DNA from: Candidatus Wolfebacteria bacterium RIFOXYD12_FULL_48_21
GTDB taxonomy: Bacteria > Patescibacteriota > Minisyncoccia > UBA6257 > UBA9933
Length of the DNA: 64,000 bases
NCBI GenBank assembly: GCA_001793945.1
Contig: MGIW01000003.1
Span: 129,630-193,629 of the forward strand
Direction of reading: 5' to 3'
The notes below the pieces were generated by a model that worked only from the letters and a program-made list of their open reading frames with translations, did no database searches and had not been told where the DNA came from. Below, piece by piece: positions 9,340 through 20,077 of the stretch (the first letter of the stretch is position 1; each line of letters opens with the position of its first letter). Both the position numbers and the translations under genes were made by a program.

Positions 9340-10098
9340 CTATGCTCTCACTTTCTTTAAAACCTTTTGCAGGTCGGCGGGTAATTCTGCTTCGATGTTC
9401 AGCTTGTGCCCCTCGGAAGCCAAAAACTCTACTGATTCGGCGTGCAAAAAATGGCGATCGAGCCCGAGCGGGTTCTTTTTTGCTCCGTACATGACATCGC
9501 CGACAATGGCGTGCCCAATGGACGCCAAATGCACCCGTATCTGGTGTGTGCGGCCCGTTTTCGGCTTGGCGCGAACAAGCGTAAACTCATACACCTTCCG
9601 CTTTTCCGATTCCGGATCGTCGAACTCGAACCGTTCCACTACTTCATATTCGGTCAATGCTTCCTTTGTCATTTTCCCTTCATGCACCGTGCGCTTCGTT
9701 GTGCCTCCTTTTAGGCTGATCGGCTTGTTTATGATGCCGCTTTTTTCCTGTATGTTTCCCCAAACAAGCGCAAGATATGTCTTTTGCATGCCATGCGTCT
9801 GAAACAAGTTTTTCAAATATTTAAAATATTCATGACTGCGCGGAACCAAAATGACGCCCGAGGTGTCTTTGTCGAGCCGATGCACGATGCCCGGACGCTG
9901 TTGGGGGTCATCGCCCACCTTTTTTACCTCGGGGTAGTGCTTCAGCAGCCAATCAGTCAGTGCTTCTGTCCCTTTTTCCTTTTTCCCTTTTCCTTTTTCC
10001 TCCTCTGGTTTATACGGGTGTACCAAAAGATGCGCCGGCTTGTTTATGGCCACCACATTTTTATCTTCATATATGACTGTAATGTCTTTGCGTTCCAT
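9340..10098 (-). CDS. RluA/RluD-family pseudouridine synthase
   Basis: INKP, PGIVHRLDKDTSG, TGRTHQIRVH, GDVMYG, FLHA. Confidence 0.95.
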   Translation of the reverse strand: MERKDITVIYEDKNVVAINKPAHLLVHPYKPEEEKGKGKKEKGTEALTDWLLKHYPEVKKVGDDPQQRPGIVHRLDKDTSGVILVPRSHEYFKYLKNLFQTHGMQKTYLALVWGNIQEKSGIINKPISLKGGTTKRTVHEGKMTKEALTEYEVVERFEFDDPESEKRKVYEFTLVRAKPKTGRTHQIRVHLASIGHAIVGDVMYGAKKNPLGLDRHFLHAESVEFLASEGHKLNIEAELPADLQKVLKKVRA

Positions 10099-10514
10099 AG
10101 GTGTAGAGTAATGTAAAAAGAGATAAGGGACAAGGAATGGGCTATAACCTATAACTAATGACTAATGACCGATGACTAATAACGGGATGCGGGGGGTAAT
10201 GTACTTGAGTGTCATCCCCGCGGAGGGGGGGATCCAGAGTACACATGCGAAATACTGGATACCCGTTTTCACGGGAATGACAACGAGGTTGGCCTGTCAT
10301 CCCGAGTGTAACGCAGCGAAGCGGAGTGAAATCGAGGGATCTGCGGTAACAAGCAGATTCCTCGGCTCCTCCGTCGGCTGACGGATGCGCTCGGAATGAC
10401 AATACGGGGAAGGGGGGTAGAGATGAGAGGTGGGAGATGAGAAAAAAAATAGGGGGCTGCCTCGCGCAAGGCAGCCCCCGTACTACAGAGGAAGGAGAGT
10501 GGTGGTGGGTGGTA

Positions 10515-10940
10515 CTACGCCAGGGCTGAGGCGAGCTCGTGGCCCAGGCGTATATGGTTGGCGGCGGCGCAGAGCTGCACTACGAACTCTTTGTAGTGCT
10601 TCTGCAGCGCCTGCCGCAGCATATCCTTTTTCTCGCGAAGCATGTCCGCGAGACTCAACAACAAGCTCCGCAGCCCGTCTTTCGTGAACACCTTAGACAG
10701 GCGCTCGGCGATTGTCGAATCGGCGAAGAATGCTTCGGGCATTTTTTCGAATACCGCCGAAAGGTCCTTTCGGGCCTCGCTTACTACATCGAACTCGATG
10801 GCACAGTGGCTGTGCAGCAAGTGTCTTTCACGAACCCTGTAGTTTGCACCATTGGCTATGGTCATGTGACAGCAGGAGCAAACGGGCGTCCCGCCGTTGT
10901 ACTGCTGGGCAAATGGGAACTTAAATTCTGCGATCTTCAT
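10515..10940 (-). CDS. Hypothetical protein with putative C-x2-C-x17-H-x2-C zinc finger
   Basis: 141-aa ORF with AAGGAG SD, TTGACA promoter at 11025-11030, terminator 10442-10480. Confidence 0.65.
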   Translation of the reverse strand: MKIAEFKFPFAQQYNGGTPVCSCCHMTIANGANYRVRERHLLHSHCAIEFDVVSEARKDLSAVFEKMPEAFFADSTIAERLSKVFTKDGLRSLLLSLADMLREKKDMLRQALQKHYKEFVVQLCAAANHIRLGHELASALA

Positions 10941-11081
10941 GTACTCTCCTTCTTGCGTGAAATGTTTTTCTCCTTCCTCAAATTAAGATGTTCTGAAATG
11001 AATAATATACCACACGGAGTGCTTTGTCAACCTTAACAAAAACCGCCAGTCTATCGTGTGATAGGCTGGCGGTTTTTAGTA

Positions 11082-12227
11082 TTAGGCTTCGGCTTCTTCA
11101 GCCTCCTTCTTTTTTGCGGTCTTTTTATGGCCTTTGAGCTTCAAAAGGATGCGCTTTTCCTCGGGTTTTATGGCCTCGATGGTAAATGCGTGCTTTTTGC
11201 CCGGTTCCATGTTCTTTTTCAGTTCCTCAGGGGATCCGAATTCGGATACATGGATCAAGCCGTACAGGTCCTGACCAAGATCGATATATGCGCCAAACGG
11301 GTTGACCTTATACACCTTTCCTTCGATTTCCTGCCCTTCTTTGAACTTATCATTCACCGTTTCCCACGGATTCGGCTTCAATGCCTTGAGGGAAAGGAAA
11401 ACCTTGTCGTCTTTGATCTCGATGATCTTTACCTTGATCTCTTCGTCGATCTTTACCACCTCTTTCGGGGTGTCGATCAAACGATAATCAAGCTCGGAAA
11501 TGTGGATCAAGCCTTCGATGGCCGGATTGTCGATAAAACGGACAAATGCGCCGAAATCTGCAATACCCGATACCACGCCGCCGATTATGTCGCCAACGGT
11601 GTATTTGGCAAGCAATTCACGCACATTTTCCTCTACCGCCTCCTTTTCGGAGATGATGAGCTTGTTGTTGCGCGGGTTCAGGTCGATGATCTTGACCTTC
11701 AGCTCTTCGCCTACAAATTTCTTCAATTCTTCAAGTATTCGAGATTGGTCACCCTTCTCGATGCGCGGATAATGCTCGCTGGACAGCTGGGAAACCGGCA
11801 AAAACGCCTTGGTTCCGTGGATATCCGCCACAAGGCCGCCACTGTTGGCACCCTTTATCTTGACGGGAAACGGCTCGTCGGTGTCTTTTAACTCCTTCAA
11901 ACCCTGCCAATTCTTCTGTTCCTGCGCGTTTATAAGGGATAATTCGACATAACCCTCGTTATTTTCGAGCGAAGTTATCTTTGCGCTCACGGTGTCGCCC
12001 GGGTTCATTCCTTTCACAATGTCGCGAGAATTGATCAGTTCGATGCCGTATACGAGACCGGTACCGTACTTTCCAAGGTCAAAGTGTACGCCGCGCTTTG
12101 TCTTCGCGAGCAACTTTGCCTCGATCAAGTCTCCTTCCTTGAGGAACGAGATGATGTTCGCATCCGCCTTCGTCAGCTGATTCATGGCGGATGAGTTTTT
12201 TATTTCTACATTAATATTAGTGACCAT
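11082..12227 (-). CDS. rpsA: 30S ribosomal protein S1-like (four S1 domains)
   Basis: Repeated S1 motifs AFLPVSQL, FGAFV...EGLIHISEL, FGAYI...GLIHVSE. Confidence 0.9.
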   Translation of the reverse strand: MVTNINVEIKNSSAMNQLTKADANIISFLKEGDLIEAKLLAKTKRGVHFDLGKYGTGLVYGIELINSRDIVKGMNPGDTVSAKITSLENNEGYVELSLINAQEQKNWQGLKELKDTDEPFPVKIKGANSGGLVADIHGTKAFLPVSQLSSEHYPRIEKGDQSRILEELKKFVGEELKVKIIDLNPRNNKLIISEKEAVEENVRELLAKYTVGDIIGGVVSGIADFGAFVRFIDNPAIEGLIHISELDYRLIDTPKEVVKIDEEIKVKIIEIKDDKVFLSLKALKPNPWETVNDKFKEGQEIEGKVYKVNPFGAYIDLGQDLYGLIHVSEFGSPEELKKNMEPGKKHAFTIEAIKPEEKRILLKLKGHKKTAKKKEAEEAEA

Positions 12228-12317
12228 AGACCAACAGCATACGCAAAAACTATTTGAAAATCAAGGGGAAATGGGGTATTATAGGAACTAAGCCACAAGA
12301 AGTGAAGTGCGCGTATT

Positions 12318-12381
12318 GTCATTCCCGCGAAGGCGGGAATCCACTTCTATTTAAATAGATTCCCGCCTTCGCGGGAATGAC
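12318..12381. repeat. Representative REP doublet (GTCATTCCCGCGAAGGCGGGAATCCA ... AGATTCCCGCCTTCGCGGGAATGAC)
   Basis: Inverted pair of hairpins; relatives in about 25 intergenic clusters, e.g. 2775-3005, 4557-4703, 8012-8133, 9205-9313, 10210-10400, 13047-13134, 13460-13568, 17558-17793, 21607-21716, 23075-23194, 24529-24866, 25860-26252, 26827-26958, 27900-28404, 34838-35067, 35643-35750, 36047-36114, 37340-37420, 41027-41112, 41410-41540, 43109-43260, 47124-47224, 51080-51178, 51680-51842, 57880-57931, 60653-60680. Confidence 0.93.
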
Positions 12382-12393
12382 AGCGATACTTTT

Positions 12394-13017
12394 ATGATTA
12401 TCACTTACTACGGAGAAAACAGCTTCAAAATACAAAGCGGCGAATTCACCATTTTGACCGATCCGGTCGACGCCTCAAGCGGCTTGACCCCGCCCCGCTT
12501 CAAATACGATATCTTGCTCAAGACACTTACCGCCTTCCCACCGCATGAAAGTATGCCGGAGCAGGGAATATCCATCTACGGTCCCGGCGAGTACAATGTG
12601 GAAGGTGCGACCATATTCGGCTATTTATCTGAAAATGAGGTCACTGATAAGATACTCAAGACCGTTTATGTGGTCACGCTTGAAGACATCAAGCTCTGTT
12701 TCCTTGGACATCTTGCCGATATCCCCTCCCCCGCCATCATGGAACGGCTTGAAGACATCGATATACTCTTCGTCCCCGGTGGTGGCACCCCTTATATCGA
12801 CCAAAAGAAGGTCGCCAAACTCGTAAAGCAAGTCCAGCCAAAAATAGTCATCCCGACCGCGTTCAAAGTTCCGGGACTTAAGCGGCAAGCGGAAGATCTT
12901 AAGACATTATTGGAAGAGCTTGACCAAAAGGACGCAGAATCGCAAGAAAAGCTCACGATCAAGAAAAAGGACCTTTCAATCATCAAGCCGACACAAGTTA
13001 CGATTCTTAACCCATAA
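12394..13017 (+). CDS. MBL-fold (Lactamase_B_3-like) protein, metal-binding histidines degenerate
   Basis: MIITYYGENSFKI, ILTDP, GPGEYNV, CFLGHL, DILFVPGGG, PKIVIP. Confidence 0.8.
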   Translation: MIITYYGENSFKIQSGEFTILTDPVDASSGLTPPRFKYDILLKTLTAFPPHESMPEQGISIYGPGEYNVEGATIFGYLSENEVTDKILKTVYVVTLEDIKLCFLGHLADIPSPAIMERLEDIDILFVPGGGTPYIDQKKVAKLVKQVQPKIVIPTAFKVPGLKRQAEDLKTLLEELDQKDAESQEKLTIKKKDLSIIKPTQVTILNP

Positions 13018-13141
13018 ATTAGTCTAATTTCACTATTCCCCGCGGTTGTCATCCCGAGCTTGTCGAGGGATCTGCAGTTTTGTAAAGCAGATTCCTCGAC
13101 TCCTCCGTGGGCTGACGGATTCGCTCGGAATGACAATTGCC

Positions 13142-13441
13142 ATGCGCCATTATCTCCAACGGATTCGCCGATCCGACCAAAAAACAAAGCAGAAATGGCT
13201 GATCGGGTTGACTGGCGCTTCCGCTCTGATTATCATCTTTGCGTGGGTGCTTTATATGCAGGCGTTCGTATTTACCCGCTCGGATGACACCGTGAAAGAA
13301 GACATGCGCATAGCATTTTGGCCGGTGCTCAAAAACGGACTATCCATTACCGGCTCATCCGTTAGGCATGCATTCGACGATATTCTTTCCGAAATGCCGG
13401 AGGTTGGAAGAAGGACCACAACGATAGAGAATCCAGAATGA
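13142..13441 (+). CDS. Hypothetical single-TM protein
   Basis: ATG at 13142 just after a REP cluster; basic N-terminus then hydrophobic helix. Confidence 0.65.
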   Translation: MRHYLQRIRRSDQKTKQKWLIGLTGASALIIIFAWVLYMQAFVFTRSDDTVKEDMRIAFWPVLKNGLSITGSSVRHAFDDILSEMPEVGRRTTTIENPE

Positions 13442-13597
13442 TAGTACAAACTCAACCCATGTCATCCTGAGCTTGTCGAAGGATCTGCAGTTTTGTAAAG
13501 CAGATTCCTCGGCTACGCGGAATACCGCGGAGTTTACCCTGAGCTTGTCGAACGGGCTCAGAATGACACCCATGCCCAAACAATAACCTTAATTACC

Positions 13598-16051
13598 ATG
13601 GACGAACAGACAGATAAAGTTGAAAAAAGGGGGATCGAACGCGAGCTCCAAGAATGTTACCTCGACTACGCAATGTCGGTTATTATTTCGCGCGCATTGC
13701 CCGATGTCCGCGACGGCATGAAACCGGTTCAACGGCGTATTTTGTGGGCCATGTGGGAAACAGGCCTTAAGGCAGGCGTAAAATACCGCAAGTCCGCTGC
13801 CGTTGTCGGCGAAGTACTCAAGAGCTATCACCCGCACGGTGACTCCGCCGTGTACGATGCCATGGCACGCATGGCACAAGACTTTTCACTCCGATACCCG
13901 CTAATCGATGGTCAAGGAAACTGGGGATCCATCGACGGCGATAACCAAGCGGCAATGCGTTACACCGAGTGCCGTCTTTCCAAAATATCCGAGGAACTTC
14001 TGTTCGATATCGAAAAAGATACCGTTGCATGGGGCGCAAACTATGACGGCACCTCCCAAGAACCGCTCGTACTGCCGGCGCGACTGCCGGCCCTGCTTTT
14101 GAACGGCGTAGCCGGTATCGCCGTCGGCATGGCCACCAATATCCCGCCGCACAACCTGCGCGAGATAGTCGACGCCATTTTGCATCTTTCTGAAAATCCG
14201 CACGCAAGCACCGATGACCTGATCCAGTTCATCAAAGGGCCCGATTTCCCGACCGGCGGTATTATTTACGATAAGCATGCGATCGCCGAAGCATACAAGA
14301 CCGGTCGCGGTGGCGTGACCATGCGCGCCGTTTCCGATATTCATGAACGCAAAAGCGGTCTATTTAATATCGTCATCACCGAGATCCCCTATCAGGTCAA
14401 CAAATCGGAATTGCTCGCAAAAATCGCCGGGCTTGTTACCGAAAAGAAGATCGAGGGTATCAAGGACCTGCGCGACGAATCGGACCGCGATGGATTGCGT
14501 GTAGTCGTCGAACTGAAGAACGATGCCGCACCGCAAAAGGTTTTGAACCAGCTGTACAAGCACACCGACTTGCAGAAGAACTTTAACTTCAATATGACGG
14601 CACTCGTTCCGTCTCCGGCCGGACTACAGCCACAGCTGCTTTCATTAAAGGACATTCTCGGGTTTTACCTTGAACACCGTAAAGAAGTGGTCCGTAAGCG
14701 CGCCGAATATGAATTGCGCAAGGCACAGGAACGCGCCCACATATTGGAAGGGCTCGCTAAGGCACTCGAGTTCATCGATGCCGTCATCGCGACCATCAAA
14801 AAATCAAAAGACAAAGAGGAGGCGCATGAGAATCTTATAAAGAAGTTCAAGCTTACTCCTATCCAAACGACGGCTATCCTTGAAATGCGCCTGCAAACGC
14901 TTGCCGCACTCGAAAGCAAAAAGATCGAAGACGAGCTGAAAGAAAAGATGCGAATCATCAAGGAGCTCCAAACGCTTTTGGCGAGCGTTGCAAAGATATT
15001 GGGCGTCATCACGAATGAATTGCGCGATCTGCGCGACAAGTTCGGCGATGATCGCCGCACCAAGGTCGTACCGGGCGCCATCGGCGAGTTCAAGGAGATA
15101 GACCTCATTCCCGAAGAGGATGTCATTATCACTCTTTCCCAAAGCGGCTATATCAAGCGCGTTACGGCCGACACCTACAAGGCACAGAAGCGCGGTGGCA
15201 AAGGGCTGATAGGCTCCGAAGTAAATGAAGAAGATACACTCGTAAACTTCATTTCCGGAAACACGCACGATAACATTTTGTTCTTTACCCACACGGGGCG
15301 CGTATTCCAAACCAAGGTCTACGATGTGCCGCAGGGCAGCCGCACTGCAAAGGGCAAGCTGATGCAAAACTTCCTCGATCTTCCGCCCGAAGAAAAGATC
15401 AATGCGGTCATTGCCTATCCTGATGGAGGCGTCGAAGGGCGTTATCTCGTCATGCTTACCGCAGACGGAACGATCAAAAAGACATCACTATCCGAATTTG
15501 CCAACATCCGCAGGACGGGCATCATCGCCATTAACCTTGCAAAGGGCGACTCGCTCATCGGCGTAAAACTTTCTTCCGGCAAAGATGAGATCATCATCAC
15601 CACAAACGCCGGGCAAGCCATTCGCTTCAAGGAAACCGACGCCAAACCGCTCGGTCGTGCAGCGGCAGGCGTGCGGGGCATCAAATTGAAGAAGGAAGAT
15701 CGCGTCGCCGGTTTCGACATTGTCCAATACGACGAGAAGACCGAGCATAAAAAACAGACCTTGCTCGTAGTATCCGAAAACGGTTTTGCGAAGCAAACGC
15801 CTATCAGCGAATACAAAACGCAGACCCGTGGCGGCATGGGCATCAAGACCTCCAATGTGACCCCGAAGATCGGCAACATCATCAGCGGTCAGATCATTCG
15901 CGATGAAGAAGAGCTGCTTGCCGTTTCCAATAAGGGCCAGATTATCCGCATCCCGCTTAAAGATGTCCGCACCGCAGGACGCGCGACCAGCGGCGTGAAG
16001 ATCATGAGCCTCAAGGAAAAAGATAAGCTGGCAGGAGTGGTGGCACTCTAA
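13598..16051 (+). CDS. gyrA: DNA gyrase subunit A
   Basis: YHPHGD, AAMRYTE catalytic Tyr, GyrA-box QKRGGKG, C-terminal pinwheel repeats. Confidence 0.98.
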   Translation: MDEQTDKVEKRGIERELQECYLDYAMSVIISRALPDVRDGMKPVQRRILWAMWETGLKAGVKYRKSAAVVGEVLKSYHPHGDSAVYDAMARMAQDFSLRYPLIDGQGNWGSIDGDNQAAMRYTECRLSKISEELLFDIEKDTVAWGANYDGTSQEPLVLPARLPALLLNGVAGIAVGMATNIPPHNLREIVDAILHLSENPHASTDDLIQFIKGPDFPTGGIIYDKHAIAEAYKTGRGGVTMRAVSDIHERKSGLFNIVITEIPYQVNKSELLAKIAGLVTEKKIEGIKDLRDESDRDGLRVVVELKNDAAPQKVLNQLYKHTDLQKNFNFNMTALVPSPAGLQPQLLSLKDILGFYLEHRKEVVRKRAEYELRKAQERAHILEGLAKALEFIDAVIATIKKSKDKEEAHENLIKKFKLTPIQTTAILEMRLQTLAALESKKIEDELKEKMRIIKELQTLLASVAKILGVITNELRDLRDKFGDDRRTKVVPGAIGEFKEIDLIPEEDVIITLSQSGYIKRVTADTYKAQKRGGKGLIGSEVNEEDTLVNFISGNTHDNILFFTHTGRVFQTKVYDVPQGSRTAKGKLMQNFLDLPPEEKINAVIAYPDGGVEGRYLVMLTADGTIKKTSLSEFANIRRTGIIAINLAKGDSLIGVKLSSGKDEIIITTNAGQAIRFKETDAKPLGRAAAGVRGIKLKKEDRVAGFDIVQYDEKTEHKKQTLLVVSENGFAKQTPISEYKTQTRGGMGIKTSNVTPKIGNIISGQIIRDEEELLAVSNKGQIIRIPLKDVRTAGRATSGVKIMSLKEKDKLAGVVAL

Positions 16052-16194
16052 TGCGAGACCAGAGATACGAGGCACGAGGTTAGAAAAAATGGAATGCGAA
16101 AGCATTCCATTTTTTCTTATCTCTTGTCTCTGGTCTCTCACCTCTAACCTCCAATCTCTTACCTCTTACCTCCCTCTTCTGCTATACTATACAT

Positions 16195-17478
16195 ATGCAA
16201 CTCACACGCAATCAGATTATGATTCTTGGCGGAGCGGCGCTCACCATCGTCCTATTTATCGGCATCTTTGTTTATCTTATCCCCGCATTGCAGCAACAAA
16301 GCTCCGATGAGCCCGCCACAAAAATAACGCTTACTATTTGGGGTATAGAGGACCCGGGTAATTTTTCCGCGCTCACGAGCGCATACACCGCTGCGCACCC
16401 GAATGTGCAGCTGCGCTACACGCAGGTTCCCGAAGACCGCTACGAACAGACCCTGCTTAACGCGCTTGCCACCGACATGGGGCCGGATATTCTTATGGTG
16501 CACCGCAGTTGGGTGCAACGATACAGCGACAAGATCATGGCAGCCGACCATCCGGAGATCCAGCCGGCGGAACTTCGCAGCCTTTTTCCGAATGTTGTTG
16601 CCAATGACTTTACCTACCTGAATTATGTATTCGCCCTTCCGCTATACATCGACTCGCCTGCGCTCTTCTATAATAAAGCTCTGTTCGACAACAAAGGCGT
16701 TGCCGTTGCGCCTAAAACATGGAACGACATAAAGACGCTTGTTCCGTATTTTACGGAGTTCACCGTCAATAGACAGTTGCAAAAATCAGCCATAGCACTC
16801 GGTGGCACGACCAAATCCATTACGAACGCGCCCGATATTCTTTCCTTGCTCATGTTCCAGTTCGGAGCAAAAAATCTCGAGACCATTGGGCAGCGCACAT
16901 CGTTTGAAGCCTCGGCAAAAAATGCGCTCGACTTCTATACACAATTTTCTACGCCGAACAATCCGAACTACACATGGAACGATTCATTTGCACGCGCAGA
17001 TAATGCGTTCGGTGCGGGCGACACTGCCATGACCATCGGCTACGCACGCGATATGAAAGGACTTGTGCAAAAAAACCCCTATCTCGACTTTGGCGTTTAC
17101 CCAATGCCGCAAAACGATACGACCAATCTGGTCAACTATGCCGATTACTGGGGGCTCGGCGTTTCCGCAAAAAGTCTGAACATCAAATTTGCATGGCGCT
17201 TCGTCATTAACGCGACCACTGACCCTGCGCTGGCCTCGCTTTACATGACGCGCTCCGGGAATCCCCCTGCGCTTCGCACGCTCATCAACGATACGCTTCG
17301 CGACCCCAAACTTGGCGTGTTTTCCCGTCAGGCACTCACCGCCCGAGCTCCATTCCAATATGAAGTTACCGGTTATCGCATCGCACTTTCCCGCGCCATC
17401 GAATCGGTGTTGACCGGAAAATTCAATTCACAATCCGCCCTTGAAAAGGCTTCTGCCGAGATCAATGATCTGTTTTGA
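16195..17478 (+). CDS. Extracellular solute-binding protein (sugar ABC, family 1-like), N-terminal TM anchor
   Basis: LTIWG, GPDI, ALPLYID, LFYNKALF, PKTW motifs. Confidence 0.85.
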   Translation: MQLTRNQIMILGGAALTIVLFIGIFVYLIPALQQQSSDEPATKITLTIWGIEDPGNFSALTSAYTAAHPNVQLRYTQVPEDRYEQTLLNALATDMGPDILMVHRSWVQRYSDKIMAADHPEIQPAELRSLFPNVVANDFTYLNYVFALPLYIDSPALFYNKALFDNKGVAVAPKTWNDIKTLVPYFTEFTVNRQLQKSAIALGGTTKSITNAPDILSLLMFQFGAKNLETIGQRTSFEASAKNALDFYTQFSTPNNPNYTWNDSFARADNAFGAGDTAMTIGYARDMKGLVQKNPYLDFGVYPMPQNDTTNLVNYADYWGLGVSAKSLNIKFAWRFVINATTDPALASLYMTRSGNPPALRTLINDTLRDPKLGVFSRQALTARAPFQYEVTGYRIALSRAIESVLTGKFNSQSALEKASAEINDLF

Positions 17479-17817
17479 TTATTGCATTATTCCCGCGCCC
17501 ACCTGCAACGCTATAGCAACTGCGCACAGGAAGGCTGAGAGGTAGTGCGAGAAGGTTGTCATCCCGTGCGCAGCCTGCCCCGTACCACGATACGGGGACA
17601 CGGGATCCAGAGTTTTCTGCAGTAGTAACGCCCTGCGCTTAAGACACTGGGTTCCAGATCGAGTCCGGAATGACGATACAAAGAAAATGACAATGCGGTT
17701 AATGTGTCATTCCGAGTGGAGCAGTACTCTGCGAAATCGAGGAATCTGCTTTCTGCTTGCGGGCTGCAGATCCCTCGACAAGCTCGGGATGACAGTCTAT
17801 GCTAATAGCATATCCAT

Positions 17818-18216
17818 ATGAAAAAAATAATCCTCTCTTTCACTTTATCCTTGGCGCTCATCTCTTTACTCGCTGCTCCTGTCGTTTTTGGCGCCGGGCT
17901 CGTGCAATGCGACGAACAGAACCCTGCAAGCTGCACCTTGTGCGCACTCTTTGCCACCGTCAAGGCGATCTATGATTTCATTACCCAGCTCACTATCGTA
18001 CTCGCCGTCGGCTATATCATGTTTGGCGGATATGAGATGCTCATAGCCGGAGCAAATCCGGGGCTTTACGCAAAGGGCAAAAATCACATCTTCCAAGCAT
18101 TCATTGGCCTCGCCATCGTTCTTGCCGCATGGTTCATTGTTGATATTCTTATGCGCGCCCTTACCGGTTCGGGCGATATCTACGGCGCACCGTGGAGAAC
18201 ACTGAATTGCCAGTAA
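17818..18216 (+). CDS. CPR-type pilin (TrbC/VirB2-like)
   Basis: Signal peptide, GLVQC...CTLC, two TM helices with FGGY...AGANP...KGK...AFIGLAIVLAAW pattern. Confidence 0.75.
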   Translation: MKKIILSFTLSLALISLLAAPVVFGAGLVQCDEQNPASCTLCALFATVKAIYDFITQLTIVLAVGYIMFGGYEMLIAGANPGLYAKGKNHIFQAFIGLAIVLAAWFIVDILMRALTGSGDIYGAPWRTLNCQ

Positions 18217-18253
18217 TGCTTCGGGGATTTTTATACTTCACACCCCGTAATGT

Positions 18254-18658
18254 ATGAGGTATACTATAATCATGTACTCAATTATTGTAGCTATTCTTTC
18301 TTTTTCATTATTCGCTTCGTGTGCGCTTGCGGCAACAACAGGGCCTGGGCCCACCGTCCAAACCGCCCCCAACGAGCCGATCGGATCCTCTATCACTTTC
18401 GATAGCGCCTTCGGCAATGCGACTATTACCGATGTGCTCAACAGGCTCATCGATTATGGCATCGCCATTGCCGCCTCCTTGGCCGCAATCATGATCCTTT
18501 GGGGAGCGTTTCAGATTATGACATCGGCCGGAGTCGAAAAAAAATATGCCGCCGGCAAACAGACGATCCTGTATGCCCTCGGCGGGTTGGTCATCATCAT
18601 TCTTGCGCGCGGATTGGTCGCTATATTCAGAGGATTGATCATAGGCCTCGGCGCTTGA
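18254..18658 (+). CDS. CPR-type pilin (TrbC/VirB2-like)
   Basis: MILWGAFQIMTSAG...AGKQTILYALGGLVIIILA. Confidence 0.75.
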   Translation: MRYTIIMYSIIVAILSFSLFASCALAATTGPGPTVQTAPNEPIGSSITFDSAFGNATITDVLNRLIDYGIAIAASLAAIMILWGAFQIMTSAGVEKKYAAGKQTILYALGGLVIIILARGLVAIFRGLIIGLGA

Positions 18659-18690
18659 TAAAAGGTCGGTTTATTTGATAAAATAACTAT

Positions 18691-19041
18691 ATGAAAAAAA
18701 TAACACTCGCATCAGTAGCAGCAACGGCACTTGCCATGCCGGTACTCGGTTTTGCAGTAGCAGAGCTTCCGCCAGCGCGGGATACCGGAGGCACAGGAGT
18801 CGAGCCGATCATCCGCATCCTTAATACGGTCGGCAACTGGATGTTCGGCATCTTGATCGCAGCAGCGGCGATTTATATCTTACTTGCCGCGTTCAAGTTC
18901 CTTACGGCGTCAGGAGATTCAAAGAAGATCGACGAAGCAAAACACATGCTCACCTACGCGCTTGTCGCCATCGTCGTTGGAGCCCTTACCAAGGGAATCA
19001 TCGCGATTGCACAGGCAATTGCAGCAGGCTCAGGAATATAA
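18691..19041 (+). CDS. CPR-type pilin (TrbC/VirB2-like)
   Basis: AAFKFLTASGDSKKIDEAKHMLTYALVAIVV. Confidence 0.8.
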   Translation: MKKITLASVAATALAMPVLGFAVAELPPARDTGGTGVEPIIRILNTVGNWMFGILIAAAAIYILLAAFKFLTASGDSKKIDEAKHMLTYALVAIVVGALTKGIIAIAQAIAAGSGI

Positions 19042-19052
19042 GTTTTTAACAC

Positions 19053-19086
19053 AAAAAAGAAGCCCCGATTGCTCGGGGCTTTTTGT
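19053..19086. terminator. Bidirectional terminator GCCCCGATTGCTCGGGGC, repeated at 20030-20062 and 45971-46007
   Basis: Identical stem and loop flanked by A and T runs in three places. Confidence 0.85.
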
Positions 19087-19099
19087 CGCCTTATTTCGT

Positions 19100-19777
19100 T
19101 CAATGATGCACGAATGAGGCGGTCATCGTACATCCTTCGGGAACCTTAATGGCAACCGCCATCGGCTCCTTTCCTGACTTCTTCCCGAAGTCGGTCTGTT
19201 CCCCAAAGGGAGTTGGCCCGGTTCCGTCGAGCCGGTCGAGCTCTCCTGCCTTTGCCGTAGCAGAAGAGAATGTTACCCGATAGTTAGCGGGGAGCGCCAC
19301 CAGTACCGGCTTATCTCCGGCAGGCACGACAAACTCTTTCGAATCTACCGGGCCGGTTACCTTGGAGAAGTCGTAGGCGGCGGCGTATTGCCTTCCGGAA
19401 TCTACGCGTGTTGGCATCTCCTTGACTATATTCTCCGGTACGATCATCTTGATGCCGATGATCACCAACAGCCCGATGAGTCCCCATTTGATCAGAATCT
19501 TTCCTACCTTCCCTCCTCCGCCGACCACCCTTTCCCTATCCGTTGTCCACGCCCCAGAAGATTCCGATGGGTCATTTCCTGTTCTGCTTCTTATATCACT
19601 TGCTGTTTCTATCGCCTTTCTCAATATCTGAGCTTTCTCTGGATTAGAAAATAATGAAACGCGCGTACTGCCAGGATGTTCGAGCTCCCTATTAACAGTG
19701 TGCTCGAACATCGCTTTCTCTTCCATCTTCTCAAGCTCTTCCCTTCGAGCAATACATTCTTCACTATCGAAAAACAT
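19100..19777 (-). CDS. Hypothetical single-TM protein
   Basis: ATG 19777 with GGAGG SD; TM GKILIKWGLIGLLVIIGI shared with the next gene. Confidence 0.7.
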   Translation of the reverse strand: MFFDSEECIARREELEKMEEKAMFEHTVNRELEHPGSTRVSLFSNPEKAQILRKAIETASDIRSRTGNDPSESSGAWTTDRERVVGGGGKVGKILIKWGLIGLLVIIGIKMIVPENIVKEMPTRVDSGRQYAAAYDFSKVTGPVDSKEFVVPAGDKPVLVALPANYRVTFSSATAKAGELDRLDGTGPTPFGEQTDFGKKSGKEPMAVAIKVPEGCTMTASFVHH

Positions 19778-20077
19778 GGCAACCTCCACTAATAGGGTTA
19801 AGGATGTTTAGGATATGCACTTGAAATTAGCTATTTATGTATTTAAAGGTTCTTATGCGCTACTTACATAATGTACCATTCTTTAATATTTGTCAATCTA
19901 TATGATGGCGCGGTTATTTGCAGAGATATTGTGCGTTCACCTATATACTTATTGCTGCAGCTATTAAATCACTTACCGAGGGGTTTTATCGAAATCACGG
20001 GAGCAATCATAGCAGGCGAACTATAATATAAAAAGAAGCCCCGATTGCTCGGGGCTTTTTGTTGTGCACTTCAGTCG

